Of a stretch of DNA of 64,000 bases, positions 55,002 through 62,310 are shown in pieces (the stretch's first letter is position 1; each line of letters begins with the position of its first letter). Both the position numbers and the translations under genes were made by a program. Source of the DNA: Ardenticatenaceae bacterium (lineage in GTDB: Bacteria; Chloroflexota; Anaerolineae; Promineifilales; Promineifilaceae); contig JACKBS010000006.1 in the NCBI GenBank assembly GCA_020634435.1, forward strand, positions 527,136-591,135. The letters are read 5' to 3'. The notes beneath the pieces were generated by a model. It ran no database searches. It was not told the DNA's origin and saw nothing but the letters and a program-made list of their open reading frames with translations.

Positions 55002-55055
55002 GGAGAACAAAAAGTCCTTTAAAAACAATCATCTTATTTGAGCTTTTTGTTCTCC
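55002..55055 (-). terminator. 13-bp perfect inverted repeat GGAGAACAAAAAG / CTTTTTGTTCTCC downstream of the GHL10 gene
   Basis: 28-nt loop. A second 11-bp repeat AAGTAAATCAC / GTGATTTACTT lies at 55059-55111. Confidence 0.5.
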
Positions 55056-55120
55056 TGAAAGTAAATCACTGGCTATGCTCAGGTTTTTAAGCAACTTTTC
55101 GTGATTTACTTAACCATTAG

Positions 55121-56473
55121 CTATGGGTGCCAGGTGATGCTGGGTACAACGGCCGTTTCTGCATAAGGGCCTGCTGCCAAATCATCAAAATAGCTATTGG
55201 TTAGTAGGCTGCTGTAGGAGAATAGCGCGTGGCCTGCCGTGCCAGCGTCGCGGGCCATCTGGATGCGGGCTTCGATTTCAGCAAAAGAGCAATAACCTGT
55301 GCCAATGCCGGGGATGATGTAACGGCCGTTTCCATCTGCCTGAAAATCTTCTACCAGCGTTTGCCAGCGGGTACGAATCCAGTAATCAGAAGAGGTAGGG
55401 GCTGGGTCCTCCAAATAGTTGCCGTCGGTGTCGCAGCCGTTATAGCCGCTGCCAGGGTATATCATCGGCGAGATGCTGTCGATGGTGTTGCTGGCCAGCC
55501 ACGCCTTGGAATCCTGATAGTAGGTGATGTTGCCCTGCTGCGGCGAACCGGGGAAGCCCCAGGCTGGGTCCAGCTCATGAATAGGCCACACAGCCGCAGA
55601 CAGCCACAAGCCGGGTTTCAGCGGCGCAACCTCTTCGTAGAAGCGGCGCACCGTGCCATTGACCTGCGCCCGCTGCCAGTCGGCATAGCCGCTGTCGCTG
55701 AAGCAGTTAGCGCCATAACGGGCCTCGCTCACTGGATCACAAGAAGTGTTGCTGCCGCCGTAACGGATGTGGTCCAGGTGTATTCCGTCAATATCGTAGC
55801 GGGTTACTAAATCTTGGCCTACCGCCACAAGGTGATCATCTAAAAAGATGGAAGCGGGTGTGCTGCGCATGTATGCGCCACAAAATACGTCATCGCTGCT
55901 GGTCCATTGCAGGCCATTGGGCTTGCCGTTGGTGCTGCCGTGTTCGTTGAGCAGCTGGTAGTAAAGTGGGGTTGGCGTTACGCTGGCGTCAGGTGGCGTG
56001 TTGCAGAAGCTGCCGCCGTTCCAGACGGGGTATACGTTCATGTAGGCGTGAACCTGCACACCAGCCGCGTGTGCTTTTTCCACCATGTAGGCCAGCGGGT
56101 CCCACAGCGGATTGGGTGCCTGCCCGTAGACGCCGCTGACGCGGTCGGCCCACGGCTCCAGGTTGGATTGGTAGTAGGCATCGGCAATACCGCGCACCTG
56201 GAAAAAGATAACGTTGAAGCCCGCGTCGGCCACGTTTTGCACGATTTCATCAATTTTGGCAGGGTCAGCGGCCTGACCGTAGCTGGTCCAGTCGAAGCGG
56301 GTGACCCACACACCGCGAAATTCGGTCATGGGTTCGGGGTTGGGTGGCGTGCTGCTGCCGGTGATGAAGGGGAGGTAAACGGCCGTTTCCGTCCCTGCGG
56401 CCGCATGGCGCACCGTTTGCATCCCTAGCATTAATACACAAAAAATTGTTAGAAAAATGACGGCTCGTTTCAT
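55121..56473 (-). CDS. secreted glycoside-hydrolase-like family 10 (GHL10/DUF187) protein
   Basis: Signal MKRAVIFLTIFCVLMLG. FRGVWVTRFDW ... AGFNVIFFQVRG ... VQVHAYMNVY TIM-barrel blocks. Confidence 0.75.
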   Translation of the reverse strand: MKRAVIFLTIFCVLMLGMQTVRHAAAGTETAVYLPFITGSSTPPNPEPMTEFRGVWVTRFDWTSYGQAADPAKIDEIVQNVADAGFNVIFFQVRGIADAYYQSNLEPWADRVSGVYGQAPNPLWDPLAYMVEKAHAAGVQVHAYMNVYPVWNGGSFCNTPPDASVTPTPLYYQLLNEHGSTNGKPNGLQWTSSDDVFCGAYMRSTPASIFLDDHLVAVGQDLVTRYDIDGIHLDHIRYGGSNTSCDPVSEARYGANCFSDSGYADWQRAQVNGTVRRFYEEVAPLKPGLWLSAAVWPIHELDPAWGFPGSPQQGNITYYQDSKAWLASNTIDSISPMIYPGSGYNGCDTDGNYLEDPAPTSSDYWIRTRWQTLVEDFQADGNGRYIIPGIGTGYCSFAEIEARIQMARDAGTAGHALFSYSSLLTNSYFDDLAAGPYAETAVVPSITWHP

Positions 56474-56626
56474 GGTAACTTCCTGGTTTTTGGTTTAGCA
56501 GGCATTGTGTCACAGAAACGGCCGTTCTGCCTGCCAAAATCCATAAATTAACGCACCCTGCCACACTTTTTAACGGAATCTGCACAGATTAGTAGGGCAA
56601 GTTATCTGCTGGATGGACAAATCGAG

Positions 56627-56638
56627 TATACTTGTGGC
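56627..56638 (+). promoter_or_regulatory. -10 hexamer TATACT exactly 6 nt upstream of ATG 56639
   Basis: TATACTTGTGGCATG. Almost identical to TATACTTGTGCCATG at the FAD/FeS gene start (27490..27476). Confidence 0.4.
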
Positions 56639-56860
56639 ATGGATGCATCAGAGGCTAAAGCGTATGCTCATCGCTGGGAAGCGGTAGCTGATATTGAACG
56701 CCAAGAACAAAAAACACGTTCTGTCGCAGAAAATTGGCAACAATTAAATGCCATCAGACGTCGGGCCGCACGTTTAGGCATTTCGCGGCAAAATGACGAG
56801 GGTGAAATGGCGCTTATCTTGCTGTGGGCAAAGCTGAAGTCAGATTATGTCACAAGTTGA
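56639..56860 (+). CDS. small helical protein (73 aa), putative partner/antitoxin of the downstream nucleotidyltransferase
   Basis: Overlaps the downstream start by 14 nt. No recognisable motif. Confidence 0.45.
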   Translation: MDASEAKAYAHRWEAVADIERQEQKTRSVAENWQQLNAIRRRAARLGISRQNDEGEMALILLWAKLKSDYVTS

Positions 56861-57419
56861 ACCTCAAGGATTATTTCGCGACCCGCTTGATGCCTTGGAA
56901 AGATTACTGGCTGAATTTGATCACCAAGGCGTGATCATTGGTGGATTGGCTGTCAGTCTTTTGGGAGAAGCGCGATTTACAGAAGACCTGGATGCGGTGG
57001 TTTTGCTTTCCATTGACGATATCCATAAGTTTCTGGAAGCGGCTAAACGGGAAGGCATTGAACCGCGGATTGTTGAGGCAGATAAGTTTGCCAAACGGAA
57101 CCGGGTCCTTCTTTTACGTCACATTGCTTCAAACACAAATATTGATGTTTCGCTTGGCGTTTTGCCATTTGAGCAGGAAATGGTAGCCAGAAGCAAAGTT
57201 TATGAAGTTGACGATACCCTGAAAATCCACTTGCCGACCCCTGAAGATTTGATAATCATGAAAGCGATCGCCCATCGTCCCAAAGATTTGTTGGACATTG
57301 AGGGGATTATTCGTAATCATCCCAATCTGGATAGCGGCCGAATCCAAGAATGGGTGACACAATTCGCTGAGCTTTTGGAAAGGCCAGAACTCTGGGAAGA
57401 CATTGCTAGTTGGCTGTAA
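56847..57419 (+). CDS. nucleotidyltransferase-fold protein (AbiEii/DUF6036-like family)
   Basis: GVIIGGLAVSLLGEARFTEDLDAVV (GG...xDxD NTase motif) and PTPEDLIIMKAIAHRPKDLLDIEGI. Confidence 0.5.
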   Translation: MSQVEPQGLFRDPLDALERLLAEFDHQGVIIGGLAVSLLGEARFTEDLDAVVLLSIDDIHKFLEAAKREGIEPRIVEADKFAKRNRVLLLRHIASNTNIDVSLGVLPFEQEMVARSKVYEVDDTLKIHLPTPEDLIIMKAIAHRPKDLLDIEGIIRNHPNLDSGRIQEWVTQFAELLERPELWEDIASWL

Positions 57420-57436
57420 TCTTCTAAAATCCCCTT
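57403..57436 (+). promoter_or_regulatory. leaderless-type promoter TTGCTA-N16-TAAAAT-N6-ATG
   Basis: TTGCTA 57403-57408, TAAAAT 57425-57430, cccctt, ATG 57437. Confidence 0.45.
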
Positions 57437-58441
57437 ATGAAAGCACCTCGAAAATTCACAACCGAAGCGGGCCGGATCATTTACTCCTTTCCGGTACAGT
57501 CGTTTCCTAACTTGGTGAACAATATTTATCTGATTAGCGACGGTGACTTGCTGATCTTGGTGGATTGCGGCTCTGGGTTTGCCGAGGCGAATGACCAACT
57601 GCTGGCGGGAGTTACGGCCGTTTCCCACCAATTCAACGAAGCAATTAGCCTGGAAGCGGTGACCCACATCCTCATCACCCACGGCCATATTGATCATTTT
57701 GGTGGCTTGCCCTTTGTGCGCCAGTTCACCAGCGCCCCGGTTGGTGTGCACGTGCTGGACCGTCGCGTGCTTTCAAACTTTGAAGAGCGCTCGATTTTTT
57801 CCTCCAGTCGGTTAGACACCTTTTTGGAAGGGGCTGGGGTGTCCACTGAACGGCGGCAGCAGTTGATGCAGGTGTATTTGTTTGGCAAGCAGTATTACAA
57901 ATCGACGCCCGTACAGTTTTTACTGGAAGAAGGTAAGCCAACGGTGGGGGGCATCGAGGTATTCCACGTGCCGGGGCATTGCCCAGGGCAGGTTTGCCTG
58001 CTGGTGGATGATGTGATGCTGACGGCCGATCACGTCCTCAGCCGAATCACGCCGCACCAGGCCCCAGAAAGTATCACCAACAACATGGGCTTGGGGCATT
58101 ATCTGGATTCGCTGACCAAAATTAGCAAGGTGCCGGGCGTACGGCTGGCGCTGGGTGGGCATGAGGAGTCGATGGGGGATATGGTCGGCCGTATCCAGGC
58201 CATCAAAATTGCTCACGACGACCGCCTCAACAAAATTCTGGAAATCTGCACCGAGCCAAAATCGCTGGCGGAGATCAGCCGCGACTTGTTTGGTCGCGTG
58301 GAAAGCTACCACGTGCTGCTGGCTTTGGAAGAAGCCGGGGCACATGTCGAATACCTCTACCAGCGCGGTGAGCTGATCGCTGCCAACCTGGACGAAATCC
58401 AAAAGACTTACCATCCTGTCGTGCAATACCAAAAAGCATAG
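57437..58441 (+). CDS. MBL-fold metallo-hydrolase
   Basis: HILITHGHIDHFGG (HxHxDH), VPGHCPGQ. 334 aa. Confidence 0.85.
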   Translation: MKAPRKFTTEAGRIIYSFPVQSFPNLVNNIYLISDGDLLILVDCGSGFAEANDQLLAGVTAVSHQFNEAISLEAVTHILITHGHIDHFGGLPFVRQFTSAPVGVHVLDRRVLSNFEERSIFSSSRLDTFLEGAGVSTERRQQLMQVYLFGKQYYKSTPVQFLLEEGKPTVGGIEVFHVPGHCPGQVCLLVDDVMLTADHVLSRITPHQAPESITNNMGLGHYLDSLTKISKVPGVRLALGGHEESMGDMVGRIQAIKIAHDDRLNKILEICTEPKSLAEISRDLFGRVESYHVLLALEEAGAHVEYLYQRGELIAANLDEIQKTYHPVVQYQKA

Positions 58442-58445
58442 CGCC

Positions 58446-59552
58446 ATGGAAAATGCCAGGTCCATTCAAGACGCCTTGCTCCGCTGGTGGGACGCCGACC
58501 ATGCCGACTTGCCCTGGCGACGCAGCCAGGACCCCTACGCCATTTGGGTGTCGGAAATCATGTTGCAGCAGACACAAATCGCCACGGTTATCCCTTACTT
58601 TGAGCGGTGGATGGCGCGTTTTCCCACGGTGCACGCGCTGGCCGAAGCATCGCTGGATGATGTGCTGAAGCTTTGGGAAGGGCTGGGCTACTACAGCCGC
58701 GCCCGCAATTTGCATGCGGCAGCCAACATGGTGATGCAGGATTGGAACGGCCGTCTCCCCCGAACCGCCGCTGATTTGATGAAACTCAAAGGCATTGGCC
58801 GCTACACCGCCGGAGCCATTGCCTCGATAGCCTTCAATGAACCAGCCCCCGTATTGGATGGTAACGTCATCCGCGTCCTTAGTCGCCTGACAGATTTGCC
58901 TGACGACGTGACCCAAACCAGCACGAAAAATGACCTTTGGCAGCTGGCTGAGCAGCTTGTGCCCACAGACCGTCCCGGCGACTTCAACCAGGCGCTGATG
59001 GAATTGGGGCAGCAGCTTTGTCTGCCTGCCAAGCCGATGTGCCTGCTGTGCCCACTATCGGCCCACTGCCTGGCGCGGCAGCGTGGCACACAGCTAGAGC
59101 GTCCCGTTCGGCCACCGCGCCGGCGCACGCCGCACTACGATGTTGTGGCCGGAATCATCTGGCAAAACAAAGCTGAAACTGGCACTTCCACCGGCAAATT
59201 TTTGATTGCGCAACGGCCGTTTGACGGACTACTTGGCGGTTTATGGGAATTCCCTGGCGGCAAGCAGGAAGCCAACGAAACACTCCCCCAAGCTCTGGTG
59301 CGTGAAATTAAGGAAGAGCTGGCCATAGAAATCGGAGTGGCTGACTTTGTCACGCAGGTGAAACACGCCTATACCCACTTCCGCATCACCTTGCACGCTT
59401 TCCATGCTTGGCATGCAGATGGCCAGACTCAGCACCTTGGCGTCGCCAATCATGCCTGGGTCACCCTCGCCGATCTAGACAGTTATGCCTTTGCCGTTAC
59501 CGACCAGAAAATTATCGCCGCACTGCGTGAGTGGGTGCACGGTGATCGGTAA
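58446..59552 (+). CDS. mutY: A/G-specific adenine DNA glycosylase
   Basis: WVSEIMLQQTQ, LWEGLGYYSRARNL, GIGRYTAGAI (HhH-GPD), Cys cluster CLPAKPMCLLCPLSAHC, and a NUDIX-like C-terminus GLWEFPGG. Confidence 0.9.
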   Translation: MENARSIQDALLRWWDADHADLPWRRSQDPYAIWVSEIMLQQTQIATVIPYFERWMARFPTVHALAEASLDDVLKLWEGLGYYSRARNLHAAANMVMQDWNGRLPRTAADLMKLKGIGRYTAGAIASIAFNEPAPVLDGNVIRVLSRLTDLPDDVTQTSTKNDLWQLAEQLVPTDRPGDFNQALMELGQQLCLPAKPMCLLCPLSAHCLARQRGTQLERPVRPPRRRTPHYDVVAGIIWQNKAETGTSTGKFLIAQRPFDGLLGGLWEFPGGKQEANETLPQALVREIKEELAIEIGVADFVTQVKHAYTHFRITLHAFHAWHADGQTQHLGVANHAWVTLADLDSYAFAVTDQKIIAALREWVHGDR

Positions 59553-59584
59553 ACGGTGAATCGGCCACCGATTACCAATTACAA
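59540..59584. repeat. heptanucleotide array in inverted arrangement (CGGTGAT CGGTAAA CGGTGAA | GCCACCG ATTACCA ATTACAA) spanning the mutY stop codon
   Basis: Same unit family as 14943-15019 and 24254-24288. The last four mutY codons and the TAA lie inside the array. Confidence 0.7.
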
Positions 59585-59626
59585 TCCCTGAGTACCAATC
59601 GCCTACTACGTTTCACGCCCCCTTCA

Positions 59627-59660
59627 TTGTCAATTCAATACCCCGGTGTATCATATGGTT
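59627..59660 (+). promoter_or_regulatory. leaderless-type promoter TTGTCA-N16-TATCAT-N6-ATG
   Basis: TTGTCA 59627-59632, TATCAT 59649-59654, atggtt, ATG 59661. Confidence 0.45.
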
Positions 59661-60974
59661 ATGTCGGACACTATCTCTTCTGGTCAATTTAGTCTGGCAG
59701 GCGTATCGGCCGCAGCCATTACCGCCTTTCGTGAAGGCCGTCTCGCTTCCAGCGAGCAAGAGTTTGAGAAGGCCATCCAATATTTCACAGAGGCCCTTGC
59801 TTTTGACCGGATTCCCACTCATTTTCAAGCCCGTGTATTTGAATATCGCGGGCTTTGTTTTTGGTTGATTGGTGAATTTCGCGCGGCCGAAAAAGATTAT
59901 CGCGAATCGTTGTCTATCAGCACTGATATTGATCAGATGGCGCGTGCCCGCGTGCGGCTGGGCGAGCTGGCCGACTTTCGTGGCGATTATGAAGCCGCCG
60001 CCGATCTTTACCGGACGGCACTCCAGGAAGGTAATGCAACTGAAAATTTGCTGGTAATAGGCCGGGCCAGACGAGGGTTGGGAATTTTGGATCGCCGCCA
60101 GGGCAATACCGAACGCGCCCTCAGTCAACTCACTCAGGCTTTGGCCATTTTCCGACAAGGCGGGGAGACACGTGAGCAGGGCCGGGTTCTCACCAGCCTT
60201 GGGCGTACTCGCCAGGCGCGTGGGGAATATCAACAAGCGTTAATGGCCCATCGCGAAGCGTACGTCATTTTGGAATCGGTCAATGATCGCTGGCGAGTTG
60301 CGCAGGCGGTCAATGATATTGGTGAGTGTCATCAGGCACTTTACGACGTGGAAAAAGCGTATGAGCATCACCAGCGTGCATTGCAATTAGCGACCCATGC
60401 TGGCGCAAAATTGCTCATTCCCGAAATCAAGCGCAATTTAGGCGTTGATCTGGTGGAGGCGGGCCAGTACGAGCAGGGATTGGTCTACTTGCAGGCTGCG
60501 CTTAAAGGCACGCGTGAGCATGGCAATCGGGAGCATGAGGCGTTAACGCTGTACCATCTGGCACGCGCCTACCTGCATCATGGCGATGATGGTCTGGCGG
60601 TGCAGTTGGTCCTGGCGCTTACCCATGTGGCTGAACTGCTCAACGCGGATCGTTATCGGGCACTGGCGGCATTTGTGCATGGCGAGCTGCTTTTTCATCA
60701 AGGGCGCAAGCCAGAAGCACTCAATGAGTTAAACCTGGCAATGTTGGCGGCGCAAACGGCCGTTGATCGGGGCATACTCTGGAAATTGCATGCCGCGATG
60801 AGCCACGTCACTGAAAACGAGCAAATTGCGGCCGTTCACCTCAATATCGCCGCTGAGTTCATACGCCAAACGGCTGAACCTCTGCAAGATGAACACTTAC
60901 GCCACTGCTTCTTAAATGCTCCACCGGTGATGGCTGTGCTGCAAGCCGCCAACGTCAACCCCAATTTCTTTTAA
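59661..60974 (+). CDS. TPR-repeat protein
   Basis: About 9 repeats of the type A..Y..AL.I....GD...EA (e.g. YRESLSISTDIDQMARARVRLGELADFRGDYEAAADLY). Alternative in-frame starts GTG 59646 and ATG 59655. Confidence 0.65.
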   Translation: MSDTISSGQFSLAGVSAAAITAFREGRLASSEQEFEKAIQYFTEALAFDRIPTHFQARVFEYRGLCFWLIGEFRAAEKDYRESLSISTDIDQMARARVRLGELADFRGDYEAAADLYRTALQEGNATENLLVIGRARRGLGILDRRQGNTERALSQLTQALAIFRQGGETREQGRVLTSLGRTRQARGEYQQALMAHREAYVILESVNDRWRVAQAVNDIGECHQALYDVEKAYEHHQRALQLATHAGAKLLIPEIKRNLGVDLVEAGQYEQGLVYLQAALKGTREHGNREHEALTLYHLARAYLHHGDDGLAVQLVLALTHVAELLNADRYRALAAFVHGELLFHQGRKPEALNELNLAMLAAQTAVDRGILWKLHAAMSHVTENEQIAAVHLNIAAEFIRQTAEPLQDEHLRHCFLNAPPVMAVLQAANVNPNFF

Positions 60975-60983
60975 CTACCCCCA

Positions 60984-61790
60984 ATGTTTTTCTCTGTGTT
61001 GTACTGGCTCAAGGAACGTCTGCGCGATGCCTGGCTCTGGCCGCTAAACTTGGTGCGCGATTTTCCAGCCAGAAGCGGCCGTTTGGCTCACACCCTTTTT
61101 ACCGGCAGCAAAGCATTCGTGCAGTTTCCTCTTTTCTTTTGGCGGGCCGTGCGTGATGGGATATTTAAACGCCAAATGCGTTGGGCTGTTCAGCAAGTTG
61201 GCGTTTGGCTGCACTTACTGCTTGTTCAACTGTTTGATCTGGTCGGTGGACCGGAAATTTGCCAGTTTGTCATGCACTTCGGCATGTACACTACACCCCT
61301 GACGGCTGCGGAGCAAACGGCCGTAAAACCCATCTTCGGCACCCATAACTTGCGTTACCAGGACGTACGCATTGCCCAAGGCGGCATTTTGCACTTTATT
61401 TTCCGCCACAATGGCGGGCTTGCTTTTGCGACCTGGTACACCATCCATTTACCAGTAAAAAGAGGGGAGGGGAGAGAAACGGCCGTTTCTAGCCGTCAAA
61501 ATCTACCTCTTTTGGTCCATGAACTGACCCATGTATTCCAATATCACCATGTTGGGACTCGTTATTTGGGTGAAGCTATTTACTATTTAGTCACCACCAA
61601 TCGTAAATGTTACCAGTATGGGGGCATCTCTGGTCTGCGCGTTTGCCACCAGCAAGGCAAGCAATACCGCCATTTCAATCGCGAGCAGCAAGCCCAAATA
61701 ATCCAGGATTATTTCACCCAAAGCCGCCAAAGTCAGGACACATCTGCCTACGAACCATACGTAAATCAGCTCAGGCAGCGAGAGCTGTAA
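60984..61790 (+). CDS. HExxH zincin-like protein (DUF4157-type domain)
   Basis: PLTAAEQTAVKPIFGTHNLRYQDVRIAQGG ... AFATWYTIHLP ... LPLLVHELTHVFQYHHVG. Starts 9 nt after the TPR gene stop. Confidence 0.55.
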   Translation: MFFSVLYWLKERLRDAWLWPLNLVRDFPARSGRLAHTLFTGSKAFVQFPLFFWRAVRDGIFKRQMRWAVQQVGVWLHLLLVQLFDLVGGPEICQFVMHFGMYTTPLTAAEQTAVKPIFGTHNLRYQDVRIAQGGILHFIFRHNGGLAFATWYTIHLPVKRGEGRETAVSSRQNLPLLVHELTHVFQYHHVGTRYLGEAIYYLVTTNRKCYQYGGISGLRVCHQQGKQYRHFNREQQAQIIQDYFTQSRQSQDTSAYEPYVNQLRQREL

Positions 61791-61849
61791 CGGCTCTGTT
61801 GCCACTTCGCTACTATTTAGCCCTTAAATGCCCCCTATTTGTCCCTTGT

Positions 61850-61878
61850 TTGACATCATCAAATGATCGCTTTATAAT
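61850..61878 (+). promoter_or_regulatory. perfect consensus sigma-70 promoter TTGACA-N17-TATAAT
   Basis: TTGACA 61850-61855, TATAAT 61873-61878. About 430 nt upstream of the next start codon (62311). Confidence 0.6.
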
Positions 61879-61897
61879 TGCCTTCCGTAAGTCGGTA

Positions 61898-61922
61898 AAT
61901 TGCAAATGCTGCATATGCAATT
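61898..61922. promoter_or_regulatory. operator-like nested palindrome AATTGCA-N11-TGCAATT containing TGCATATGCA
   Basis: Located about +13 to +38 relative to the predicted start of the consensus promoter. Confidence 0.35.
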
Positions 61923-62310
61923 GTTTGTATGTTTGTAATAAACCAGACCCTTGAGAAGAAGAGATTTTCTTGTTTATCTACAAAACGACCAAAACTCAAT
62001 CTTGTTTAACCAAGCACAGCTAGTTTGCTTATGCAAATTTAGGTGTGCTTTGTTTATTTAAATTCCTAACTGAAACTAAGCTCTGTCAGGCGCTGCTCAC
62101 ACAAGTCTTCTACTGAGTGCGTCAAGACGGACAAGAATAAATCTGGAGGAGGTGGTGCGATAGCATTATTTGGAGCTGTAATTACGAGCATCAATATTCA
62201 TGTTCGTAAGAAGCTGGCCAGCCGTTGCAATCAAAATATCAGCGGATTAATTTGGCCGGACCTTTTTTTGAAAAACCCCTTATTTCAAAACATGAGAGGA
62301 GGAAGATTTC

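Noticed and set aside
61607-61954. 115-aa ORF spanning the end of the HExxH gene and the consensus promoter
   Set aside because: It is out of frame with the real gene, runs through the promoter and AT-rich leader, and has no start-site signals.
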